A stretch of DNA of 64,000 nucleotides from an uncultured delta proteobacterium (GTDB lineage Bacteria > Desulfobacterota > Binatia > Binatales > Binataceae). Positions 49,630 through 59,934 of this stretch are shown piece by piece. Positions within the stretch are counted from its first letter, which is position 1; each line of letters begins with the position of its first letter. A program made the translations under genes and the position numbers. The stretch covers positions 1,248,001 to 1,312,000 of the forward strand of contig CAWEEQ010000004.1 of NCBI GenBank assembly GCA_963808235.1. Direction: 5' to 3'. The notes under the pieces were generated by a model. That model was not told where the DNA came from. It saw only the letters and a program-made list of their open reading frames with translations, and did no database searches.

Positions 49630-50637
49630 ATGGAATATCGACGACTCGGCGGTACTGGACTTAAAGTTTCGGAACTTTGCCTCGGATGTATGACCTTTGG
49701 CCGCGAAACTGACGAAGCTACGGCGGGAAAAATTCTCGATCGCTTCATCGAAGTCGGCGGAAATTTTCTCGATACTGCCAACGTTTATGCGGCCGGCGCT
49801 TCGGAAGAAATTCTCGGCCGCATCCTCGGCGAGCGGCGAAAAGACCTCGTAGTCGCAACAAAAGTTCGCTTCAACGCAAATGCCTTTATGGGCAAGCCGG
49901 TCGCGCCCAATCAAATTGGCCTCTCCCGCGGGCACATTATGTCGGAAGTCGAGGCGAGCCTCCGCCGCCTCAAAATGGATTACATCGATCTCTACCAGGT
50001 GCACGCGTGGGATTTTGAAACTCCGATCGAAGAGACGATGCGCGCGCTCGACGACCTCGTACGCCAGGGCAAAGTCAGGTATATCGGCGCGTCGAACTTT
50101 ACCGCGTGGCAACTGATGAAAAGTCTATGGGTCAGCGATAAGCATGACGTCGCCCGCTTTGACTGCTTGCAACCGCAATACAGTCTGATCTCGCGCGAAA
50201 TCGAACGTGAGCTTCTTCCCCTATGCCGCTCCGAAAGCGTCGGCGTAATTCCATGGAGTCCGCTCGGTGGCGGATTTCTGACTGGAAAATATCGCTCAGG
50301 TCAGCGCCCGCCCGAAGATAGCCGGCTTGCGAGAATCGACATGTGGAATCGGTTAGCCGACCAACGAAATTATTCAACGCTCGAAGCTGTCGAGCACGTC
50401 GCGAAAGAACGCGGCCGCGCCGTCTCGCAGATCGCGCTCGCATGGGTGAATCAGCAACCGGGTGTCAGCTCAGTAATTTACGGCGCGCGCACCGAGGAGC
50501 AGAACGATCAGAACTTGGGCGCGATCGGATTTCATCTCGAGGCGGCAGAACTCTCCGCCCTCGACAAGGCAAGCGCGCTGCCGCCCGAATATCCAAACGC
50601 GATGCAAGCACGACTACCCGGCTACCCCCGCCGCTGA
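49630..50637 (+). CDS. Aldo/keto reductase
   Basis: LCLGCMTFG, DTANVY, ATKV, DYIDLYQVH, YIGASN, PWSPLGGG. Confidence 0.95.
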   Translation: MEYRRLGGTGLKVSELCLGCMTFGRETDEATAGKILDRFIEVGGNFLDTANVYAAGASEEILGRILGERRKDLVVATKVRFNANAFMGKPVAPNQIGLSRGHIMSEVEASLRRLKMDYIDLYQVHAWDFETPIEETMRALDDLVRQGKVRYIGASNFTAWQLMKSLWVSDKHDVARFDCLQPQYSLISREIERELLPLCRSESVGVIPWSPLGGGFLTGKYRSGQRPPEDSRLARIDMWNRLADQRNYSTLEAVEHVAKERGRAVSQIALAWVNQQPGVSSVIYGARTEEQNDQNLGAIGFHLEAAELSALDKASALPPEYPNAMQARLPGYPRR

Positions 50638-50676
50638 TCACCGCGCGCCCGCGGCCCTTCTCTTCACGCGATTGTT

Positions 50677-50711
50677 CCCCTTCCCTCGAGGGAAGGGGTT
50701 AGGGGTTAGGT
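50677..50711. repeat. REP-like palindrome
   Basis: Perfect 22-bp CCCCTTCCCTCGAGGGAAGGGG followed by TTAGGGGTTAGG; related hairpins at 59800-59850 and 61670-61720. Confidence 0.6.
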
Positions 50712-50854
50712 AAGCTTGTCTCGAGCAGTTATTTAGTCACTCTAAACTACGTGAAATGTCGCGACGGCATTTCGCGAATGGTTGATGTGTGAAATTAATT
50801 GAGTAACGAGTTTGTTGAGAACACTTTTTTTCAGAGCTCGCAGAGGTAAATACG

Positions 50855-51700
50855 ATGGGTCGATTTGATGGGAAAGTTGCGATTATTACCGGGTCGGCTA
50901 GCGGGATGGGAAGGGCGGCGGCGGCGCGATTCGCTGGTGAAGGCGGCGCGGTGATAATCGCGGATCTGAACGCTGAGGGCGGAGAAGCTTCGGTGCGCGA
51001 TTGCAAGGAGAATGGCGGGCGCGCTGTTTTCCAAAAGACCGACGTCTCTGCCGAAGCGGAAATCAAGGCGCTGATTGCGCGCGCGGTCAAGGAATTCGGG
51101 CGGCTGGATATCATGTGGAACAACGCGGGCATCGGCGGCGCAGTCGGACCGCTCGAGCAGATCTCGGTGGAAGATTGGGATCGCAGCCAGGCGGTGCTGT
51201 TGCGCGGCGTGTTTCTTGGAATCAAGCACTCGGTGCCCGAGATGCGCAAAGTTGGCGGCGGATCGATCATCTCGACGGCATCGATCGCCGGAATCCGCGG
51301 CTTCGCGGGATTGCATGCGTACTGCGCCGCGAAGGCCGGCGTGGTGAATCTGACGCGGTCGGCGGCGCTGGAATTCGCGAAGGACAAAATTCGCGTCAAC
51401 TGCATCTGCCCGGGCGGAATCAACACGCCGATCCTGCATCGCAATCAACCGGGGATGAAGGAAGCGATGGAGGAGTGGCTCAAGAAGGGGCAGCCGTATC
51501 CGCGCGCGGGGCATCCGGAAGATATCGCGGCGATGGCGCTGTTCCTGGCGAGCGACGATGCGGAATTCGTCACCGGGCAGGCGATGGTTGTCGACGGCGG
51601 GCTGACGGTGGGCGCGCAGTTCGGGCCGCAGCTACCAGAGGGCACACAGGAAGCGATGGCGCCGCGCGGATTCATGGGCCCGTCGTTCGAGCAGGGGTGA
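50855..51700 (+). CDS. Short-chain dehydrogenase/reductase (paralogue 1)
   Basis: ITGSASGMG, NNAG, S...YCAAK, ICPG.I.T, VVDGG. Confidence 0.95.
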   Translation: MGRFDGKVAIITGSASGMGRAAAARFAGEGGAVIIADLNAEGGEASVRDCKENGGRAVFQKTDVSAEAEIKALIARAVKEFGRLDIMWNNAGIGGAVGPLEQISVEDWDRSQAVLLRGVFLGIKHSVPEMRKVGGGSIISTASIAGIRGFAGLHAYCAAKAGVVNLTRSAALEFAKDKIRVNCICPGGINTPILHRNQPGMKEAMEEWLKKGQPYPRAGHPEDIAAMALFLASDDAEFVTGQAMVVDGGLTVGAQFGPQLPEGTQEAMAPRGFMGPSFEQG

Positions 51701-52105
51701 CCCCTGCCCTAGGTATTAGGTAAAGAGCGAAATGCCGCAACCGCATTTCGCAATAGTTTTCTGTGAGAGGCTTGAAACCTGCGCAGCCGCGCTCTTTTTT
51801 GGTGTCATCGCAGAGCGCCAGCCGCGCTCCTTTTTTGTGTCATTCTGAGCGAAGCGAAGAACCCCGGATCTTTCTCGGCGCAAAACACTTCAACTTCACT
51901 TGGGGCGCGCGAAGCCGACCCGCAAAAAAGAACGGCACCAAACTCAATCGACGAAACCTATGCAAGGTTTCACGCACCTCCCCATCCTAAACATCCGCGA
52001 AATGCCGCCACTGGCCGCTTCGCTCCGTCCTGACCCGGGTGCAGGGGTCACCCCTGCCGCCAGCCGCGCAGGCGTGACTAAGATTCTTCTGCTCCTGCTC
52101 ACACC
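51691..52105. repeat. Composite repeat element A: two inverted hairpin-rich units plus spacer (MITE/BIME-like)
   Basis: Highly similar to 53031-53426; contains GCAGGGGTGACCCCTGC and GCGAAATGCCGC..GCATTTCGC palindromes; left unit truncated and overlapping the SDR stop. Confidence 0.9.
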
Positions 52106-52130
52106 GTGTTTCCCTCATCTCACTCGATCT

Positions 52131-52955
52131 TCATACTTGAAATGACGGCCCAGAAAACCCGCTATCCGGCAACCCCGCCAGCCGAAACCGCGCATTGCCG
52201 GTATTGACGCCGCCATCGACGACCATCGCGGTCCCGCTGATCCACTCCGATTCGTCGCTGGCGAGAAACAGCGCCATCGCTGCGATATCGTCGGGTCTGC
52301 CCGCACGCGGTATCGGCTGCATTTTCGCCATCGACTTTTCTGAGCGCTCTTCGGCGCCGGGTCTCCCACGATGTATCAGCGGGGTGTTCACTCCGCCGGG
52401 ACAGATACAGTTGACGCGAATCTTGTCGTGCCCAACTTCGATCGCGACTGCCTGCGTCAGGTTCACAACGGCCGCCTTCGCCGCGCTATACGCCGCCAGG
52501 TAACCGACTCCGCGCAGCCCCGCAACCGACGCAGTTGAGATTATCGATCCGCCACCCGATTTGCGCATCTCGGGAATCGAGTACTTCATTCCAAGAAAAG
52601 CGGCGCGCAACAATGTCGCGATTGTCCGGTCCCAGTCCACGGATTCCACTTTCTCGATCGGTCCGACCGCCCCGGCGATACCCGCATTGTTGAACATGAT
52701 ATCGAGCCGCCCGAATTCCTTGACCGCACGCGCAACCGCCGCCTTGATATCAGCCTCGCTGGTGACATCGGTGCGCTGGAAAACCGCATGCCCACCCGCA
52801 GCCGCACATTCCGCGACAGCAGTTTCGCCGCCCTGCGCATTGAGATCGGTAAGCACCACCGACGCGCCTTCCTTCGCAAACCGAATCGCCGTCGCTCGTC
52901 CCATCCCGCTAGCAGCGCCAGTGATAACCGCAACTTTATTCTGAAGTCTGCCCAT
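52131..52955 (-). CDS. Short-chain dehydrogenase/reductase (paralogue 2)
   Basis: ITGAASGMG, NNAG, YSAAK, KIRVNCICPGG; co-linear with paralogue 1. Confidence 0.95.
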   Translation of the reverse strand: MGRLQNKVAVITGAASGMGRATAIRFAKEGASVVLTDLNAQGGETAVAECAAAGGHAVFQRTDVTSEADIKAAVARAVKEFGRLDIMFNNAGIAGAVGPIEKVESVDWDRTIATLLRAAFLGMKYSIPEMRKSGGGSIISTASVAGLRGVGYLAAYSAAKAAVVNLTQAVAIEVGHDKIRVNCICPGGVNTPLIHRGRPGAEERSEKSMAKMQPIPRAGRPDDIAAMALFLASDESEWISGTAMVVDGGVNTGNARFRLAGLPDSGFSGPSFQV

Positions 52956-53030
52956 GACTCTTCTCCCGCGCGCCAAGTGTGGCGCGCTCATTAGAAGCGA
53001 ATTACAAGAAAAGAAGGGCCGGGCACAACA

Positions 53031-53426
53031 GGAATCTTAGCCACGCCTACGCGGCTGGCGGCAGGGGTGACCCCTGCACCCGGTATTGAGAAAAGAGCGA
53101 AATGCCGCAGCGGCATTTCGCAATAGTTTTCTGTGAGAGGCTTGAAACCTGCGCAGCCGCGCTCTTTTCTTGTGTGATTCTGAGCGAAGCGAAGAATCCC
53201 GGATCTTTCTCGGCGCAAAACACTTCGACTTCACTTGAGGCGCACGCGAAGCCGACCCGCGAAAAAGAACGGCACCAAACTCAATCCATAAAACCTGTGA
53301 ACGGTTTCACGCACCTTCCCACACCGAAACACCCGCGAAATGCCGCTGCGGCATTTCGCGTTGTGTTGGTACTGGGTGCAGGGGTCGCCCCTGCCGCCAG
53401 CCGCGCAGGCGAAGACTAAGATTCTT
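53031..53426. repeat. Composite repeat element B with long imperfect terminal inverted repeats (MITE/BIME-like)
   Basis: Left GAATCTTAGCCACGCCTACGCGGCTGGCGGCAGGGGTGACCCCTGCACCC, right GGGTGCAGGGGTCGCCCCTGCCGCCAGCCGCGCAGGCGAAGACTAAGATTC. Confidence 0.9.
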
Positions 53427-53459
53427 GATGCCCGCGCGATAGTATAATCACCGACGCCG

Positions 53460-55501
53460 ATGCCCTCCGAAGACGACAATCGCAACCCCGCCAAAAACCC
53501 GGTTGGCCCTGAGTACAGCTCGCTCATCGAGTATCCAAAAGAGGAGGGCGTCACCGTTCCCGCCGCATCTCCAGTCGAAAGCGACGTGGACACCAAGTTG
53601 GACGCCACATCTACCGACGCCGGCGTTTACCTGCTGCGCGATCGCGCTGGCAAAGTGCTCTATGTCGGTAAAGCGAAATCCCTGCGCTCGCGCGTGCGCG
53701 CCTACTTCCGCGAGGGCGGCGACGGCCGCTACCAGGTGCGCTTCCTGATGCGCCGGGTCGTTGACTTCGACACTATCGTCACCGCCAGCGAGAAAGAGGC
53801 GCTGATTCTCGAAAACAACCTGATCAAGCAGTACAAGCCGCGCTACAACATCCGCCTCAAGGACGACAAATCCTATCTGAGCGCCAAGGTCACCAATCAC
53901 GCATGGCCGCGGATCACGGTCACTCGCAAGATCGTTAAAGACGGTGGCCACTACTTCGGTCCGTTCGGGTCTGCGGACGGTTTGCGCGAGACGATCGACG
54001 TCATCCGCAAAACTTTTCCGTTGCGCACTTGTACTGACGCGGTCTTTCGCAATCGCTCGCGGCCATGCCTGGAGTACCAGATCAAGCGATGCCTCGGGCC
54101 GTGCTGTTTGCCCGTCGATCGCGATGAATACGGGCGCCATCTGCACGCAGCGCAGATGCTGCTCGAGGGCAAGAACCTCGAACTGCTGCATGAGATGCGC
54201 GATCAGATGAAGGATCACGCGTCCCGGCTCGAGTTCGAGGAAGCGGCGCGAATCCGCGATCGCGTCCGCGCGATCGAAAAGACTGTCGAGAAACAGACCG
54301 TCCTGCATCACTGGGGAATCGATCAGGACGTGTTCGGGATTTATCGCGAGGGCGGATTCATCGAGGCCATCGTGCTCATCGTGCGCGGCGGCAAGTTGAC
54401 CAGCACCCAGGGTTGGAGCTTTCAGGACGTTGAGTTCCCGGTCCACGACATCCTCTCCGATCTCTGACCCAGTATTACTCGGGCGCGCGCAACATCCCCG
54501 ACGAAGTGATCGTGCCGGTCGAACTCGAAGACGCCGAGGTGCGCGCCGAGCTGCTCTCAGAGCGGCGCGGGAAGAAATGCGAAATTCTGCTGCCGCAGCG
54601 CGGTGAGAAACTCAGGCTGCTCGAAATGGCGATGGACAACGCGCGGCAGAGTTTCGCCTCGCGCCGCGACAACGAAAAGACCCGCGAGCAAATGCTCGAC
54701 GACTTGCGCGTCAAGCTGAACCTGCGCAACTCGCCCAAGCGGATGGAATGCTACGACATCTCTAACCTTCAAGGCTCGATGGTGGTCGGATCGCAGGTGA
54801 CCTTCGACGAAGGCGAGCCGCAGAAAAATCTCTACCGCCGCTACCGCATCCGCAGCTTCGAAGGCCAGGACGATTTCGCCGCGATGTACGAAGTCCTGAA
54901 GCGCCGCCTCGAACGCGCGACCCGCGAAAAAGAGTATCCCGATTTGTGGGTGATCGACGGGGGCAAGGGGCAGTTGAATGTCGCGCTCGAGGTACTGCGC
55001 GAATTCAAGCTCCTCGATCAGATCGATTGCGTGTCGCTCGCCAAGCAGCACGTGCTCAACGAGCGCTACGAGAAGGAGGTGACCAAATCCGAGGAGCGCG
55101 TCTTTCTGCCCAATCGCAAGGACCCGATCGTGCTGCCGAAAAATTCCACCGCCTTGTTCCTGCTGGTCCGTATCCGCGACGAGGCGCATCGCTTTGCGAT
55201 CACCTACAATCGCGAACTCCGCCGCCGCGCGCGGCTGCGCTCGGTCCTCGACGACATCGAAGGCGTCGGCCCCGTCCGCCGCCGCGCGATGCTTCGCCAC
55301 TTCGGAAGTCTGCGCCGCATCCGCGAAGCGACCGTCGACGAAATCGCGGCAGTGAAGGGACTCAATCGCGATGTCGCAGCCGAGATTCGGCGCCATCTCG
55401 ACGAGATGGCGGCGCTGCTCGATCGCGAGGAAAGCGCCGAATCTGGTGACGAGCCGCCTGCTCCCGATGGTCTGGCGGAACCTGGCAGTCAAGGTGCATA
55501 A
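53460..55501 (+). CDS. uvrC: Excinuclease ABC subunit C, frameshift near 54462
   Basis: GVY...LYVGKAKSLRSRV GIY-YIG domain, PRYNIRLKDDK, Cys cluster, UVR domain; second part ECYDISN, IDGGKGQL, RDEAHRFAI, HhH. One added C restores DLLTQYY. Confidence 0.93.
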
Positions 55502-55587
55502 TCTACCAGTCAACACCGAACGTACGCTGGCATTGATGCGCAAGGGGGTGCGTAGCTATCGCCGCGGGAGCACCCTCCGTAAGACGC

Positions 55588-58192
55588 GTGGAGCTTGGAC
55601 CCGTCGAGTCCGACCGGGTCGAGGCGCGCAAATCCTCGTCCGCCGCGCACACGCAGTACGTGCGGCAACTCCCGCCGCCGATCTATGCGGTCGCGCTGGC
55701 CATAGTAGCGGGTGACGCCCTCGGCAATTTTCACGTCGTAGTCTCCACGTGGATGGCGGTGCCAATCGCGTTTCTCGCGCTCGCGGCGATGCTGGCCGGA
55801 CGAACAACGCTCGGCCTTCTGACCGCCTATCTTGCGATCGCGATTGCCGCGACCGCCAGCGTCGCCAACGTTCTCGCCACACCGACGCAACTGAACAGCA
55901 TACGCACTCTGGCTGATAGTTCGCCGGTGACCATCGAGGGCCGCCTGTTCCGCGAGACCGAGCGCGAAGCCTACGGCGAACGAGTTTACGTCGCGGTTGA
56001 ACGTGCGACGGAGCGGGGTGGGGCGCTTCAATCGATGCGCGGCACGGTGAGGGTGGCGGTGCTCGGCGGTGGGAATTTCAGACTCGGCGACGAAATTCGT
56101 CTGAGCGCGCGAATTCATTTTCCGCACAACTACGGCAACCCGCGCGAGTTCGACTACGCCGGCGAGATGGCACGTGAGAGAATCGACGCGACCATGACCG
56201 CGCCGCAGAATTCCCTGGGCACGCCGACCTTCCAGCTCATCGGGTACCGTCCGAGTTTTCCGACGACCGAAATTGAATCGATCAGAAATCATATCGGCGC
56301 GTTCTTCGATCGCAATCTGAGCTATCCCGAAAATGCCGAGATGCGCGCGCTGGTGATCGGCGACCGCGGCGAAATCGGCGAGCCGCTCAGGCAGACGTTC
56401 GCACGCACCGGGATGGCGCATCTGTTGGTTATATCTGGACTGCACCTGAGTATCGTTGCGGCAACTATATTTGCAGTGGTGCGGCTCGCGATGATGGCCT
56501 TGCCGGCTCTTGCCAATCGCGGCTACGCGAACAAGGCGGCCGCGGTTGCTGCGATGCTCGCGGTGTGCGGATACGCGTCGATCGCGGGGCATCATGTGTC
56601 CACGGTGCGTGCGCTCGTGATGGTCCTCGCATACATGCTGGCCGTTACGATCGACCGGTCGAGCGAGGCGATCGCGTCGCTCGCTCTGGCGGCAATCGTA
56701 ATCTGTTTCGCGCTTCCTGGCTCGACTGCTGACATCGGATTTCAGCTTTCGTTCGCGTCGGTGATCGCTATCGTGCTTGGGATGGGCCGGTTCGCGGCGT
56801 GGTTTGCGCGCCGCAAGCGGCTGGGCAGGCTTGCGGGCGAGCCGCCCTCGCGTGGCTGGAGGTTTGCCGAGGTTGCGCTCGGCTATTTCGCGGTGTCGTT
56901 CTGGGCGATGGTCGGGACGGCGCCGCTCACGGCATTTGATTTCAATCAGTTCTCGATCGTCGGCCTGGTCGCGAACGCCGTGGTCGTGCCGATCATGGCA
57001 TTCGGGGCGACGGTCAGCGGGTTGGTCGCCGCGGGTCTTAGCTTTTTCTGGGAGCCGCTCGCTCGCGCGGTGCTGCTTTTGGGAGCGAAGGCGCTCGGGC
57101 TTGGGAACTGGCTCGCCGAATGGTTTGTCGGATGGCCGCTCGCGTGGGAGCGTATATTCACGCCGACGATACTCGAGCTCGCGATCGTTTACGGATTGCT
57201 CATCTTGTGGTTGCTTGCGCCGCTCGCGATCGTATCCGCGCCGAAAGCGTCGCAAAGCAGCGACGCTAACGATGCTTCCGCGGAAATCACGGGCAGGGGA
57301 CGTCCGTGCCACTAGCCCTTTCGGATGGCGCGCGTGGTGTGGCGCGGCTCTTGGACTCGCTCTGATCGTCGATGCGGGTTACTGGACTTACGACCGATTT
57401 CTGAATCCAGACTTGCGCATCACGTTTCTGTCGGTGGGCGAGGGTGACGGCGCCGTGGTCCGATTTCCGGGCTCGCGGGTGATGGTGATTGATGCTGGTA
57501 CTTCCTACGGGGGCTTTGACGCGGGCGAGCGAATCGTTGCGCCATATCTATGGTCGCAGAAGATCCTACAAATTGATTATATCACGCTAAGTCACCCTGA
57601 TCTAGATCACTTCGGCGGGCTCGACTTTATCGCGACGAACTTTGCTCCGCAGGCGTTCTGGCGCAACGGGGCCGAGAGTTCCGATATTAGTTATCGACGC
57701 TTCATTGACGACATCGCGCGCACGAAAGTTCCTATGGTCAAGGTAGGGCGCGTCGCGCCGATCGCAGAGATTGGCGGAGTCGCGATCGCTTCGCTGAATG
57801 GAGATGTGGGTCCGGAGGTGTCGCACAATAACAGTTCGATGGTGCTGCGCTTGGGCTTCGGCGATGCGTCGATACTGTTTACCGGCGATATCGAAGCGGC
57901 GGGGGAGCGTGCGCTGCTAGCGACGCGGAGCGACCTTCGCTCGACGGTGCTCAAGGTGCCGCATCATGGGAGCGCGACATCGTCGACGGCGGCATTCATC
58001 GCGGGGGTGCGTCCGGAGGTGGCGGTTATCTCGGACGGATATCTGAATCATTTTCACTTTCCGTCGCCGCTGGTGCTGAGCCGGTATCGGGATGCCGGGG
58101 TTAAGGTGATTCGGACGGATACTGATGGCGCGGTGATGGTCGATGTGGGGCGGCGCGGGGTGACGATTCGCACTGGGTGTGAGGGGAAGTGA
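55588..58192 (+). CDS. comEC: ComEC/Rec2 competence protein, frameshift near 57300
   Basis: GMAHLLVISGLH, GFQLSF; MBL domain in the second frame: FLSVGEGDG, SHPDLDHFGG, NNSSMV, FTGDIE, KVPHHGS, RTD.DGAV. Confidence 0.92.
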
Positions 58193-58283
58193 TCGAGCAG
58201 GGTAGGGGAGAAGAGATGCGAAACCTCACGCAGGTTTCGTTTTTCGTGGCTTCCCGTGGTGGGAGAAAAAGATAGGATGCGGC

Positions 58284-58410
58284 CCTATTTGCGCGACCGT
58301 GCCGCGGCCGCGACCGCCGCGTCCATTTCCTTCACGCTTTTCCGCGCGCCTGAGTAAGGGACGCATCCGATTATCGACTCCCATGTCCGCGCGCCGGTTC
58401 CGGCTTTCCG
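58284..58410 (-). pseudogene. Possible C-terminal remnant of an AbrB/MazE/SpoVT-type antitoxin gene
   Basis: Frame without a start codon reads RKAGTGARTWESIIGCVPYSGARKSVKEMDAAVAAAARSRK*, resembling the G-x-L...S-x-E-E-M-D-x-A tail of such proteins; overlapped by the hydrolase 3' end. Confidence 0.4.
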
Positions 58411-59312
58411 TCAATCTGCAGTATGAAACTAATCATGTGAGACGCGGTTGTCCGGGTCTTTTCCAGAGGCAACAGATGGCCTGCCCCGGCCACGTTGACC
58501 AGCGTTGCTCGCGCCCCTAGCTCCTGCTGGAGCAACACTCCATTCTCGGGCGGCGCGATCTGATCGTCCGCTCCCTGCAATATCAGATACTTGGTCTGTC
58601 CCGGAGGGGCCCACCAGGCCGCGAGTGGGGTGGCTTCCGCTGCCGCCGCTTCGATGCCCGCCGCTTCCGGAGCGCGGCAAGGCTTGAGAATTTGGAATAC
58701 TCGGGCGACATCTGCTGGATTGGCGACCATGTATTTCATCGCCCCCAGGACCTCAGCCTCGGACGAGGCCGGGTTGAAGATAACGTTCAACGCGCGTGCG
58801 GCAGGCGGTTTGGGTGGAACCTTTCCCCCCGCCGCCAGTAGAATGACACTGCGCGTCAACTCAGGATGAGATGCGGCCAACACGCGGGCCACGCGATTGC
58901 CAAAGTCGTTTCCGACCACGTGAACAGAGTCCAATTTTAAGGCCTGGATCACTCCTGCTACATCGTCGGCCATCGTCTGGAGCGTGACCCCTGTGCTCGG
59001 GCCCGTACTCTTGCCCGAACCCCTGAAGTTGATGCCAACCACCCGGTAACCACCCGTGGCAAGTGCCTCCGCCAGACCATCCAGGTAATACACGGTCAGG
59101 GTTCCACCCGGCAGCAAAACGATCGGTTCACCTTCTCCTCGGCTGAAGTACTCGATGTTGGAGTCGGCGAGCTTGATGATCCCTTCTTTTACGCTGCTCG
59201 CCATTGCCGTTGTTTGTGCGGCGGTCTTTCCGGACAGAAGGGTGAGCGATACCATGCCTGCGAAGATGGCAATCAGTGTTCGACGAAAAGGCATGCGTGA
59301 ACAGGTTGCCAT
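58371..59312 (-). CDS. Secreted alpha/beta hydrolase
   Basis: Signal-like N-terminus; INFRGSGKS, VGNDFG nucleophile elbow, LILQGADDQIAP, AGHLLPLE. Start uncertain. Confidence 0.85.
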   Translation of the reverse strand: MATCSRMPFRRTLIAIFAGMVSLTLLSGKTAAQTTAMASSVKEGIIKLADSNIEYFSRGEGEPIVLLPGGTLTVYYLDGLAEALATGGYRVVGINFRGSGKSTGPSTGVTLQTMADDVAGVIQALKLDSVHVVGNDFGNRVARVLAASHPELTRSVILLAAGGKVPPKPPAARALNVIFNPASSEAEVLGAMKYMVANPADVARVFQILKPCRAPEAAGIEAAAAEATPLAAWWAPPGQTKYLILQGADDQIAPPENGVLLQQELGARATLVNVAGAGHLLPLEKTRTTASHMISFILQIDGKPEPARGHGSR

Positions 59313-59799
59313 GATATCACCGGCTTTAGTGGTTGATTGTCCTGCACAAAAGGACCCCGGCGACCGTGGAGCACAGCAGCACTGGGTCAGCACTCCGTCG
59401 AGGAGCTTGGGTGCGATGATTTTCATAGTTTGAGGTCCTCTCGGTTTCGATTTGAGTTCCAAGCGTCTCGACCATACGGAGTTCGCTTACTCTGCTACAT
59501 CGTCTCGGATCTTGCTCAGTGCCGAGGACTCGGCGTGCATACCTTTACCTTCGCCCGATTTCTCCGCGAAAGCTCCGGCGCTCCAACAACCATACATGGG
59601 GTCTTGATGCGCAAATACCGTTTTGGCGCTCCGAAATTCTCCTAATCCTCTTCCGTTTCCCGCACCGTGCTCTGCTGTGAACCGCCCCGCGCGCGCTCCG
59701 TAAACTACGCGCTGCGACCCCGGCTCGCGGAACGCGACATCCTAACTTGGACGAGGTAAGAAGGGACTTGCGCGGTGTGCATTCAGCGCGTGTCATGCG

Positions 59800-59850
59800 C
59801 CCTCACCTGGCGCGCGCCTGCGCGCGTCGACCTCTCCCGAAGGGAGAGGT
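59800..59850. repeat. REP-like double hairpin
   Basis: CCCTCACC...GCGCGC..GCGCG...ACCTCTCCC-GAA-GGGAGAGGT; same layout as 61670-61720. Confidence 0.6.
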
Positions 59851-59873
59851 GGATCCAAGAAGAGGTTTCGCTG

Positions 59874-59910
59874 TTGACAATCTTGTAAGTTATGGGTTAC
59901 AAAATTGTCA
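59874..59910 (+). promoter_or_regulatory. Promoter with overlapping inverted-repeat operator (GST-TetR operon)
   Basis: TGACAATCTTGTAA-N8-TTACAAAATTGTCA (13/14 inverted match) overlapping TTGACA; GGAGG RBS and ATG 59935 follow. Confidence 0.7.
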
Positions 59911-59934
59911 GTTGTTCGCTGGCGGAGGTAGCTT

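Noticed and set aside
50699-50711. TTAGGG telomere-like repeat
   Set aside because: Only two imperfect units, forming the arm of a REP-like palindrome.
51691-53426. CRISPR array
   Set aside because: Units are long, partly inverted and irregularly spaced, the spacers are shared rather than unique, and no cas genes are present.
51763-53608. Small ORFs within the repeat elements (51763..51990, 51900..52145, 52991..53218, 53037..53234, 53102..53419)
   Set aside because: Translations of palindromic repeats; reading frames are not preserved between copies.
54455-54475. Programmed frameshift or naturally split uvrC (likewise comEC, lhr, elbD)
   Set aside because: No slippery heptamer or stimulatory structure seen; the many unrelated indels point to sequencing error.
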